The notes under the pieces are model-generated. The model had not been told where the DNA came from. It saw nothing but the letters and a program-made list of their open reading frames with translations, and did not search any database. DNA of 60,000 nt from Botryllus schlosseri (Eukaryota): contig CM119372.1 of NCBI GenBank assembly GCA_051294905.1, positions 26,786,001 to 26,846,000 on the forward strand, read 5' to 3'. Position numbers and translations under genes: made by a program. Below, one piece after another: positions 48,833 to 60,000 of the stretch (position 1 is the first letter of the stretch; every line of letters starts with the position of its first letter).

Positions 48833-50303
48833 CAGTGGTTCTCAACCTTTTTGGTTCCGCGGACCCCTTTAGACCGTCACAGATCCTCGCGGACCCCCTC
48901 AAACTTTAGTTCAATTTTGATTCTATTGTGGTGCAACCTTGATCTGTTTTGTGCAAATATGAACTGCAGGCTTGTGATAAACAGGAAACTAATGATTTTT
49001 CTTGAACATAACATCATACTATTTCTGTAGAAATTGGTAGACTTTTATTATTTCAAAGCTAATTTTGCTGCTGTATTTCTTGAAGTACGTGGTCGTGTCT
49101 TGAAAATCCGCGTCTTCGTTTTGATATGAACGAGGAGTACCGAAAACCATTTTCGCAAAGATAGAGGGAGGCTAATGCAATATTAAAGTATAACGCTTCC
49201 GACGATACTATTGGTGTGAACGCAACATTTATGGCACCAAAATGAGGAAACATGTATTTTATGAACATATCACGCCCAGCATCTAGCGCAGGGACAGGCA
49301 ACATACGGACCGCGGGTCGGATTCGACCGGCGACGGCATTTTGATCGGCCCGCAGAGAGTTTCTACCGTCAAAGTGAAATCCTAATCTAAAAGTATAGAT
49401 GAATTTCATGCGCAAAAGAATGGATCCAAGTTTTCCAACCTGAGAAAGACTGTCATGAAGCTACTTGTTCTGTTCGGGTTTACGTATATATTTACGACCA
49501 AACATTTTCGTTCATAAACAATTGAACATCAACAAGACAAGGCTGCATACCAATATAACTGGTGATATGAATTTCAGGGTTGGAGCGTAATGCTTTGATA
49601 GCAACGAAAAACTCTTCGTTCATCAAAAAACCAGTCTTGTCGATAGGGCATCCGCAATAACTATCTGATAGCCCAGCTTTACAAGTAGGTATATCATTGT
49701 CCAATTTATGACGAGTGTCAGCCGAAAAAATATTCGGGTTCATTTCAACATGAATGTACTATGCAATTGTATATTAAAGTTCTGTACCTCCAAGAATCTG
49801 TTCAAATAGTGGTTATGTATATCACAGGATAAAATGGATTTCTTGGCGAGGTTTCAATCCCTGCATTGGGAAAAATTAGGGAAATGCTTCGGAAATTTTT
49901 ATTCAAACGACTGTTCACTAATTTGATGAGACTGACAACTCAAAATCGAGAAGGTTTCGCAGACATTACGAAGTCACCCTGATTGACGTTATTATCTCCA
50001 TATTTTTATTTTTTCCACAAAACGTCTCTAAACAGTAATATGCTTCTATCAGAAGGTTACTGGAAAATTTGCAGTGAGAATGAATTTCCATACCATGATA
50101 GTTCATGTCAGACGATTATTATGATGATATGAGTCATGAGGTTTTAGCAGTTGAGGTGCGAAACTGCCTCATGCGTTCTCAAATTAAAAAATGAAATAAA
50201 AATTAGGTCATCAACCATTTTAAAAATTTAGAGGTCTCGCGGACCCCCTGAAATTGCTTCGCGGACCCCTAGGGGTCCGGGGACCCCCGGTCGAGAACCG
50301 CTG
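48833..50303 (+). mobile_element. hAT (Buster-type) MITE, GCGGACCCC family, copy 1
   Basis: TIR CAG(T/C)GGTTCTC; perfect TSD ttttagag; the empty site is visible in the host's other copy (~2755-2762). Confidence 0.92.
49709..49797 (+). mobile_element. 5'-truncated Penelope-like hammerhead unit
   Basis: tgacgagtgtcagccgaaaaaatattcgggttcatttcaa...tctgtacctccaagaa. Confidence 0.75.
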
Positions 50304-51375
50304 TTTTAGAGCCTGCTCTTATCGACAAATCAAATGTTATATTTCCACCATTATATATTAAACTGGATCTCATGAAAAAGTTTTTAAGGGCTCTGATCAA
50401 AGAGAGTGCACGTTCTAAATACATTCACAAAAGGTTTCCTCACTTGAGTTAATACAATAGAGGGTGTATTTGTTGGACCTCAAATCGGAGCACTCGCCAG
50501 AACCCCCTATTTCTTATTAGGAAGGCGGACTTGGAAAAAATACATGACTCTCTTTCATTGAAGTTACATCTAAATTTCTTGGAATCACTAAGAATCCTGA
50601 TTATTTGGAGGGTTTCGTTTAAGATAAAAAAAAAACACAAATCCAATAAAGTAAGTTGATAGCTTTGTAGGATGTGTTCCGTATCATATACGGACCTAAA
50701 CGGGCATAAGTGGCCCTGATACAGCTGATTTTGAATAAAATTTTTATTTGATTTTTGCTAAAAATTGTGACGTGATGAATGAATTCTGACTTCAAATTCG
50801 GAATCAGCATCGTCGAATTAGGTAAACTCAATTAACCGTTCTAAAAAACAAAACAAAAAAAAAGTTGAAAAATGTCGACCAGTGTTATTATGTCGCTAAT
50901 ACCTCGAGTGGTCCTCGGATGCGATTCAAGCGCAAAATATTTCCAATACGATTGTCCTAACTCGAAAAGATCGACCGGACTTCAACCTCTTACCTATTGT
51001 TTTTGCTAGTCCTTATAATACGGCAGTGGGCGCCAGACCTAGGCAATTTTTGAAAAGGGGCGCTGGAGGGGAAAAGGTTAAGAATCACTGACTTTAATTA
51101 TGGTCGGTCAACGACGCGTATGCTTGGCAATCTTTATAACAGTCTGTTTTGGCAGCTAACCTACATTGCCTGCTCCGTGCGGTCAGTTACTCATGTCTTC
51201 GATCGAATCGATCTATGGATGTGCATGCTGCTTTATACGCTCAAGCAATCGTTGGGATGTACGCTTTTACATTGCCGTGACACTTGTATTCGTAGACGAC
51301 GTTACTTGCATCAAGTGCAGGAAGTACATCCTCTCGAGAGTTTGGAAAAAGTGGTCTAGCTGTATACAACACATG

Positions 51376-52251
51376 CAGTGACGTGCGGTGAGGTTCATGG
51401 CTGGTGAAGCACGCCCCCCCCCCCCCCACACACACACACTCACACACAAACGCACGTAAATTAGCCTACCTGATAAAGAGATCCAAAATGTGAATAACAA
51501 CAGCAGCGGGTATAGAGAGCATTTTCTTTGCACACTGATAGCCGTTGCAATTCCACATTATACAATACATGTAGCCGTAGGACATGGCCGCTATTGTGCC
51601 AAATGGGCAAGTTTAGACGGAATATAATTACTATCTCTTCAAGTACCGGTATAAATTATTCGAAGCATAAAGCAACGACAATGCACCCTATGCAAGTAGC
51701 TATCACATGCCACAATTTAACGGTAAATAAATAGCAGCTACGTAAGTAAGTGAATGTATTTGCTCCGCATTACGTATTGACCGTCGCTACTATATAATTC
51801 CTTCAAGACAGTCAAGAGTCAAACTGTTGTATTCCGAAATCGATAGCGCGTTTCACTGGGCTGCGATTGTCCAATTGTTAGCGAATAGTGCATGAGACAA
51901 ATTCGTTTGTGCCTCACCTCACCATTGTTTCTCTGCGATGGCATTATTTGTAATGAAGCCGAATGTCACCTTCCTTGGTGATTTTGAGGGGGTTCTGGTG
52001 GTCTGACACTGTTAATATTTGGATTTTCGGAATCAGTCTGATGACAGCAATTGATTGATACCAGTTGTTATGAATTCCGAGCTATTTATGATGGATTGCA
52101 TTGTTCAAATGTTCAAATTTAGTTATTTATGAACATCGATGTAAAATACTTATAATCATCGACTCATGGAGGGTTTTCACAATTTTCACTTTTTCGCCCT
52201 GACGACAGGTGAGGCACTGCCTCACCTGCCTCATTGGACCGCACGTCACTG
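51376..52251 (-). mobile_element. hAT MITE, GCCTCACC family, copy 2
   Basis: TIR CAGTGACGTGCGGT; perfect TSD aacacatg; homologous to 30533-31708 with internal deletions. Confidence 0.92.
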
Positions 52252-52806
52252 AACACATGCACATGCCTTTTAAATCTATCATAACAACGATGAACAGCTG
52301 ATTTGATTAGCTTTTCAAAGCCATTAGAAACGTTGCCGCACCAAGTTTCAATCCTGTTGGTAGTTAGTAGTTGGTAATTCGCATCGTAGTTTGTTTCGTA
52401 CGTTGGTAATGCGCGTGACCCTCCGCCAAAGTCATAATCCGTAGATCATCAGTCGACGTCTGAAGTGCTGACAAAGGAGATTCGGAGAATTAAACATAAC
52501 GCGGTTAATATGTACTCTGACCACGTCTGTAACTAATGCAGCTGTGGGGATCACAGTCTTCGGTTTTTCGTTAGTACTGGGTTCAATCCGCCGATCATTC
52601 CGATATATTTATATAAACAAAATCTTTCGTCGATACTTTTGAAACCAATGTGGTTAGGTCACGAGGTATAAATTAAAATTCTCTGGATTTTAGAGCCGGA
52701 CCCTGCAACTCTCAAATCATCCGAAAGGTTTTTATGATGCTCACAAGCTTTTCGCTGCACGTGTTATGGACACGTGTGTATTTTCGAGTAGTCACAAAAT
52801 GATTCT

Positions 52807-53066
52807 TTTTCGGCTGACACTCGTCAGGGGTAATCGTCAGCAACTAGTAGAGAATTGGAAAGAACATTGTCGATATACTCGTCAGAGGTAATCGTCAGCA
52901 GCTAGTAGAGAATTGGAAAGAACATTGTTGATATACAATGTGCTTTCCAATTCACTATTAAGTTGCTGACGATTACTCCTGACGAGTGTCAGCCGAAAAT
53001 ATTCGGGTTCATTTCAATATGAAAATACTATTCAATTGTATATTGAACTTCTGTACCTCCAATAAG
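52807..53066. mobile_element. Penelope-like terminal-repeat insertion: two partial minus-strand units plus one plus-strand unit
   Basis: About 58-bp tandem duplication (~52819-52936) followed by an inverted full unit. Confidence 0.8.
52965..53008 (+). ncRNA. Minimal type I hammerhead ribozyme (intact core)
   Basis: GCUGAC..ACUC-CUGACGA-G(UGUCAGC)C-GAAA-AUAU-UC-GGGU; stem I is kept through a U-G wobble. Confidence 0.72.
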
Positions 53067-53437
53067 ATATTTAAAATGGTCCTTATTTTCATGGATCCAA
53101 GGATTCACTCAACACTTGCGATGCTAAATCGAATCCATTGCTGTCGACATTGTCGACAACATCGTTGTACAATATTCGTCATATTATTAGCGAACTATAT
53201 GATGATGATTACTATTTGTGAAGGGGAGATTTGCGGCCACTGACTACTCGTTACCACGTTGATGTTAAATATTGCAATTTGTTCACTTTTTGTGATACAC
53301 ATTTAGAGTTGGCAATCTCGGTCTCGTCGGAATGTCTCGACGGAGGATATATGTCTTTCATCAAATATGGTAACGGTTCCTGCATTTTCAGAATTGTTCG
53401 GTAAGAACTAACTATTTAGTACCACGTGATCGACACC

Positions 53438-53510
53438 ATGGCAGAAGGGGGTCAAGAGCAAAATCCAGGTGTCTTAGATGGACCTACACAATTACCATCC
53501 GCGGCAGGAC
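53438..53510 (+). CDS. Candidate first coding exon of an unidentified host gene (MAEGGQEQNPGVLDGPTQLPSAAG, phase-1 donor)
   Basis: Kozak CACCATGG, donor GTAAGT at 53511, and upstream CTAAC..TTTAG acceptor ending 53419; not repeated elsewhere in the window. Confidence 0.4.
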
Positions 53511-54489
53511 GTAAGTTTACACTGAACAGTTTTTCGAGATACTAGCCTACTTCTTTCATCAATATTATTCATATAAAATAGTGTGCTCGGATCAATCCAT
53601 TCAGTCTCTCTCATGTGATCGTAGTTTCGTTCGGATCTATTTTCGCGGGCTCTGCCATCCCATATCGTATGCGTCGGATATATCGGGTGGCATTCGTCCG
53701 TATAGGCTCATGGAACATGTTTTTAAGAAAGTATTTACAGACTGATGGCATAATATGCAACTTGAAAACACACCATTTTTTAAAGGCCTTTGTTTAAAAC
53801 TGTTTAAAACATGTTCTAAACAAAGTTTTTCAAACGAATATTTATTTTATATGCATCCCCAACTGTAATAGCAAAATGATTCTAGCTCAGTTACAACAAG
53901 TTTAAGGTGATTTCGATGAATAACCTATATGAGAGAGAAATGGAGAAACAAATGTTATAAGCAAGCCGGGCATATGTTTTGTAAGTACTGACGGTGCTAT
54001 GCCAGAACATTCATTCCAGTGATACAATCAATTCATGCAACCTTTATATTTATGTACAGTTGTACACCTTACAATGATTATGAATGGTTGATTTCAAGGC
54101 GGGGAATAGTTAGACCGACTGCACAGATTAATGCGCTGCACTAAATCCTCGATTTATTTTGATTCGTTGCGGTGGTGCTCTATATTTTCACCGGAATTTG
54201 ATGATTGATCAATGATCGTAAGTAAGAATTATAGCCATTCTTATGTTACAATATTATGACCAACCGCAGAACCGTAGGGTTACATTTAATACACCTCAGT
54301 CCGAGTTGGCCGGATACCCTTTTGCGCCGCATATGACCCTGCCGGAATACATGGTTACTTCAGCAATGACTTCCCGTTGTTATATAATCAAGGGCAGTGC
54401 TTTTCAACCTTTTCCGTCGTGGTACACCCTTTTGACGTTTACACGAAGCTCGTACACCCCTGAACACATAACACACTGATTCTGTAGAG

Positions 54490-55592
54490 CAGGGGACTCA
54501 AACTCAAATTTGCTCGCGGGCTAATTTCCTAGTTTTTGATGACGCGGCGGGCCGCAGCATCAATAATAGGGGCATCCAATGTGTTATTTTCAAGTTGGCC
54601 TTATTTGACGGGACCTTGCAGGCTGGCATTCCACAAAAATTGTGAAATGTAATTTACTATTGTAATATTCACTCTTGGCACAAAAAAATCACAATTTCAA
54701 ATATTTGAATCAAATGGTTTTAGTGCGAAGAATATTTTTCATTTGAATAAATTGGCCCAAAAAATATTCAACTTTTTGTTGGTTTGCAAAATTATTTTAA
54801 GCTAACATATAGGCCTAATTAAAAAATACATCTCGTACCACCTGATGTGGTGCTTCGTGCCCAGTAGGGGTCCACAGACGCCTGGTTAAGAATCAATGGA
54901 ATAGAAATGTCGAATCGCCGAAGAATCCATTGGTAGAGTCACAGCTGCGGAGCGTACTACTACCTTACTCGCCACCGGCGACAATAACATGGATAAAGAG
55001 ACTAAAGGTCACCCAGGATGAAGCTAACTATACATCATGGGGGCAACAGAATGCCAATGATTTCCATACTGAGTAGATAAGATAGCTGTATACGCTACGC
55101 AACGCAAGCTACGACCTCTTGATATATTACGTTTCCCCATGAAAGATGGTTTTTTGTTGCGTCGGTGGTCGTACCAAGTCACGGCGTTCCGAGTCACAAG
55201 GCCTTCTCTGATTTTTTATCGTTTGGCTAGAATGAACTCCAGTCATTTTAATTTTATCATCCAGTCAGTCCGAATTCGAGTAATTTTACGAACGGTTGCG
55301 TGACTTGCGTGCAAGTCCAAATCACAATTTTCAGTCACGAATCATCAACGGGTCATGTTTTATCGTCAAGAACAATAAAAGTGACATAATAGCTGATCGT
55401 CCAAAGCATAGTAGCTTTTGAAAGTGATGCGATAGGGAAGTTTGATGAGTTTTTGGGTTTTTGGAGTAGTTTTAGAGGGAACTTTAAGTTCTCAAATCTG
55501 ACAGTTGAATATATTGTTGAATACTTGAAAATCCAAAATGCCGTCGCGGGCCGTACAGAATACTCCTGCGGGTCACGTGTTTGAGACCCCTG
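54490..55592. mobile_element. hAT (Buster-type) MITE, interleaved with other fragments
   Basis: CAGGGG(A/T)CTCAAAC TIRs; flanks ctgtagag/tcgtagag; overlaps another apparent element at 54395-54898. Confidence 0.5.
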
Positions 55593-56472
55593 TCGTAGAG
55601 TAAGGCTAAACCAGGCCTGTTCATCCTCTTTGCTAATCACAGCCTTATTTCGATGCGGCCGCATTCCGGCAGAGAGTCTTGATGGCTCATCTGAACGTCA
55701 TATACCCATGATAAAATTGGCTACAGGGAACTTTGCACCGCGGAGATCTCTTGTGGTGTTCTGTGCCATAACTGATTTCTTGAGATATAGCTTGCGTACA
55801 AATATTCCTAAATGTACCATCAGAACGCCCCCCCCCCCCGCGGGCATACTATAAATATACCAAAATCGCAAGTATGAATGCTAGGAAAAGTTATCTGGAT
55901 TCCTATTTTGGTCGAGCCGAGCGCGAAAACATTTTCCAACACGAAAATTAATGATGATGCATTTTCCGGTTTTCACTTTGTTACATGTTGTTATTTTTTG
56001 ACCTCCCATTAGGATTGTAGGCATAGTCGAAACTCGAAACATATATCGGAATCGGTTTAACCTACCAGAAAAACCTTCAATCGTGAGACGCACACAATTC
56101 CGACTTGGTATTTCTTTAAGGGGCGCATCATTTGCCTCAGCGGTTCCCACTTGTATGGTGATGGTGGGGCTCAGATTATACTATTATATTAAAAACGGAT
56201 AACACTGGTCAAAACATTTTTGGTTGACTTCGATCATGCAATTGATTCTGTCTAACTTTTGGGCGCTGAATTCAAAAAAGACCTCAGTATATCTCTATCA
56301 CATCAAGTTTTTGAATTAGTCACCCACCACATTGACTCATAACCCACATAAAAGCACTACTTTTAATCTTTTGTGTTTCTTGTATAAAACGTATTAAAAG
56401 CCACAAGCAGTCGCAAATAAATCAATACTCTTCAAATAAACATTTGCACTGCTTTACTTGGTCGATTTAGAC

Positions 56473-57682
56473 CAGGGGTGTCAAACATACGGCTCACGGG
56501 CCGCATCTGGCCCGTCAGACGATTTCATCCGGACCGCGAAGCAATTTCGAGAAAGCGTAAATAATACTTATAATTATCCAGCACATATCTAACAAATGCT
56601 TAGATTTTTAATTAATTTCAATTATTCGCTCAAGACAGTATGAATGTTCATTGTTCATAGACCACATTATAGCCACCCGACAGCGGTTTTATGGTTTCAC
56701 TCCAGTCGCCATTAGGAACCCCAGGTGATGAGATAGCCCAGTGGTATAACCCATGGCTGCAACACCAATGGGTTGCGGGCTCGAGTCTGACTGAGGTCGA
56801 CTTCAGAATTCCTATCTAGGGGCTGGAAGTTTATCTAGGCTCCTCCTCGCCACCTCATCCGCGTAGGCGGTGTCTTACAAAAAGCCTAGAAGTGGGCCGT
56901 GCTACAAGTCGGCAGATATGGAATCAAAAAATGCAAAAAATCGTCCTGGGTGAATGACTGTTGTTGTCGACAAACACCATGAATACCCCAAACAAACAAA
57001 CATTCGGAACTCAGTCGCTGGTCCAATTTCAGAAAGGCAAAATGTGCACACAAAGGTCAGAGGTTTTTGGAAAAATGGACTAAAAAGTACTTCTTCACAG
57101 AAACGAAAACTCCTATGCGAAACCGTTATGCGCAGGTTACATAGAGAATTAAATAGTCATAAAATATAATTCAAATATTTGACGTCACACAGCTGTTTTC
57201 GGTTTGACTCAAAAGGTCCCCGACCCCCATAGAAACGCGAATCTCGATTTAATTCTGATGAATCAAATTCCAACGTCTGCGGTTACAGTTGAATCTCTTA
57301 CTCACAACGTATATCCAGGGCTAACGCCAGATTATGACTAAAACAAAGATAGCATAGAAATATGCAAACTTATATCGTCGCTAGAGCCACTGTTTTAGGG
57401 TTTATAACTGTATTAAACCGGCAAATCATCCTGTTTTCGACAATTCCATTGTTTGCGAAAGGCGTTGCTAGAATAGAGCCGCTTGATAGTAATGTAATAT
57501 AATGTAATATGATATCACGTATATAGGCTTGTTAACAAGGTATTCAAGTGAAAAAAACAAGGGCATGGATTTGAGGTAACATTTTAGAATCATTTGACCA
57601 TTTGACCATTTGACCATCCCGCCCGCGAGCGATTTCAAGGTTGGAATCCGACCCGCGACATAAGTTGAGTTTGACACCCCTG
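56473..57682. mobile_element. hAT (Buster-type) MITE
   Basis: TIR CAGGGGTGTCAAAC; perfect TSD atttagac. Confidence 0.9.
56727..56940 (+). mobile_element. Degenerate tRNA-derived SINE
   Basis: A box TAGCCCAGTGG, B-box-like GGCTCGAGTC, A-rich end at ~56925-56940. Confidence 0.5.
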
Positions 57683-57751
57683 ATTTAGACAGATATTGCT
57701 TCCGCAGGACAAATAAAGTGCGAGTTTCAGGGTCCAAATTTACGCTAATAA

Positions 57752-58724
57752 CCCATCATTCTGTAGGTTGTCTCGTTTGATACTCGTGCAATAGTCAGTT
57801 AACATATGTAAGTTTCAATCTACTCTGGTATCTTACCCAATCAACTTCAGATATTGGGGGACAGTTTCCCCTTGCCCATCTCTGACTCTGTCAAGGTTTT
57901 CCGGGAAATTATTTAGATATTTTAGCTTTTTTGAATGTTTGCTGTCCGACATAAACATATGACAGTGGTAGATGGGTATCAGGGTTACATGTGCATTCTT
58001 ATTGTCTGGCCACTAAGAAAACACAATATATCTAAGCTGACACATGATCCAATCGGACTTGTGATATTGCAACAATTCAACGTGTCTGTATTATTCTCAA
58101 TGTTTCTGTATTATTCACGAAGACTAAATGAGTGTGCAATTGTTACTGCACCTAAGATGTTGCCATCTTGGAGAATGACATACTTTATGATCCTTTTTGA
58201 GCTACCTATATACATTTGCCATTTCCTGGAGTTGTAAATTTGGATTCCTAACTCCTCCAGCAAGCCATGGTTTACTGTATCACGCCAATGCCAGTAGCAC
58301 GGCAATACACAAAGCTACCTAAAGTAGCCGTGCGATGAAAACGCCTTTTCTTGTGATCGAAAGTGAGATATCTTCTCACTTGCCAAGTAATCTTTTCTCA
58401 ATTCGCAAGGATGCTAAAACTTCCGACTATTTCTATTCCAAGTCCCGAAGCCTATGTCAAATCATTTAACTTGTGTTGATGGACTACTCTACGTTCTGAA
58501 TCATCTTCGATTTCAAAATCTTCATCATTAGGACTGCTATCCCTAAGATCTTCATCTTGTTCCAATTTATCGAGTGTATAGGGGTTTCAAGTTACACTGG
58601 ATAAGCTGAGTGGGGCAGTGGACCTATAGCTGATAGTAAATGTATTGTTTATTTTTCTTGTCATATTCTGCAAATATGTATCTGAAATATTCTCGGATAA
58701 TTGCGTCCGCTAACCAAAAATGGG
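57752..58724 (-). mobile_element. piggyBac-like relic
   Basis: CCCAT...ATGGG termini flanked by TTAA-like ataa/tgaa; minus strand gives an acidic N-terminal tract (EQDEDLRDSSPNDEDFEIEDDSE) and VRLDHV preceding a Cys-rich remnant. Confidence 0.5.
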
Positions 58725-58743
58725 TGAAAGCATCGTCCTAGAT

Positions 58744-59999
58744 CAGTGGTTCTCAACCTTTTTGTCTTCGCGGACCCCTTTCTCACCGTCACGGATCCCG
58801 CGGACCCCCACGAAGTTTTAGTTCAAATTTAGCTCATTAATCGTGCATTCGTCATCTTTCTTGTGCAAATGATAACTATAGCCTTAGTGATAAACATCAA
58901 CAAAATGACTTTTCTGGAAAATAAGATCATACTATTCATGTATAGAAATTGGTTTGACTTCTGTTATTTCAAAGCGAATTCTGCAACTGTATTTCTTGAA
59001 ATAAGTGTTCGCGTCTTGAAAATCTGCGCTTTCGATTTGACATGATCGAGTGCCGAAAATCCATTTCCAAAAATAGAGATGGTGGCGAATGTAATAGTAA
59101 CGCAGAACGCGTGCGACGTCACATTTGGGTATAATCGCAACAAATATGGCACCACAATTGACAAACAATTTTTTCAATGTGGAACATATATTGTCAAGCC
59201 TGATCATTTTTATCTAGCAGCTTATCTTGAAGTTATTATGAAATAAATGGTTATGTATCATCGGAGAAAATAAATTTTTGTAAACATTTCGAAGTCACCA
59301 CGATCAGCTTACTCATCTAACTTTTCTTTCCCACAGTCCCCAACAAAAAATCTCTAAACAGCAAAATGTTTGTATCAATGGGCAATTTAGCAATTAAATG
59401 AGTCTGCACCAGAGATGAACATGGATTAGGATTAGGATTTGGAAAAACCTGGTCTGTAAAATTTGTCGGATTTGGATTGGATTAGGATTTCAGATTTTTT
59501 TTTGTAAAGGATTAGGATTAGGATTGGGATTGGATTTACCGATTTTCGGGGAGATTGATGTCCTATGGCGAATGGCGACGGGCTTTTTCGTCCTACCAAA
59601 GTTACTTCATGTACTTTGGCATTCATTGTGCGTGTTATTTCTTTTTAAATAATTAAAGGCATAAGATGTGATCTTTTTAGGAGGAATTCCAACTTATCGG
59701 ATTAGAATCAGGATTAGAATTGTAATATACAAAAGTGTTGGATTCAGACTAGGGTTAGGATTTGAAGCTTCGGATTTGGATTGAATTATGACATAGAAAT
59801 TTTAAATCGACTCATCTCTGGTCTGCACAGTAGGATATTTCATCTCAGACGGACATTCTGTTGGTTTGAGCTCTGGAGTTTTACTATTAATGAAGCGAAA
59901 CTGCCTCGCGATTTTCTGAATTAAAAAATGCAAATTAGGTTATCAAATATTTTGAGGCTTCGCGGACCCCCTGAAAATGCCTCGTGGACCCCCGGTTGA
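58744..59999 (+). mobile_element. hAT MITE, GCGGACCCC family, copy 2 (right TIR runs off the window)
   Basis: CAGTGGTTCTCAACCTTTTTG start; collinear with 48833-50303. Confidence 0.88.
59410..59820. mobile_element. hAT MITE with (GGATTA/GGATTT)n repeats, nested in the element starting at 58744
   Basis: TIR CAGAGATGA; perfect TSD gtctgcac (59402-59409 / 59821-59828). Confidence 0.88.
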
Positions 60000-60000
60000 A

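Larger units (their letters stand above)
48435..50884 (+). mobile_element. DNA transposon fragment with degraded transposase; copy 2 (inverted homolog of 2209-3131), interrupted by 48833-50303
   Basis: Collinear with copy 1 on both sides of the insertion; ends GTCGACCAGTG; the ORF at 48411-48665 matches the ORF at 2813-3130. Confidence 0.8.

Noticed and set aside
54938..55076. Second exon for the MAEGG exon
   Set aside because: The frame is compatible but the acceptor lacks a pyrimidine tract, it lies among TE fragments, and the peptide is unrecognisable.

Overview
AT-rich eukaryotic (metazoan invertebrate) intergenic/intronic DNA that is mostly transposon-derived. I found no complete host gene, rRNA, true tRNA or CRISPR array, and nearly all short ORFs in the track are spurious or TE debris. 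Main contents: (1) a full-length, recently inactivated I-group LINE on the minus strand (42771-48176) with a 13-14 bp TSD, Inr+DPE internal promoter, 3xCCHC ORF1, APE-RT-RNaseH-CCHC ORF2 and (CAA)n tail; (2) more than 20 hAT-superfamily elements/MITEs delimited by TIRs and 8-bp TSDs, nested up to four deep, several with recognisable transposase remnants; (3) a dispersed Penelope-like family carrying minimal type I hammerhead ribozymes, with covariation and a probable pseudoknot, plus a Penelope endonuclease-tail remnant; (4) tRNA-derived SINEs, a solo LTR and a piggyBac relic; (5) a roughly 6 kb block (17981-23830) with no MITE that I could find, starting AGTAGT, with GC-rich repeats, decayed co-oriented orphan ORFs and a 41-bp tandem array, possibly the arm of a Polinton/virus-like element; (6) one plausible host first coding exon (53420-53510). 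Family assignments come from motif recall, not database searches.
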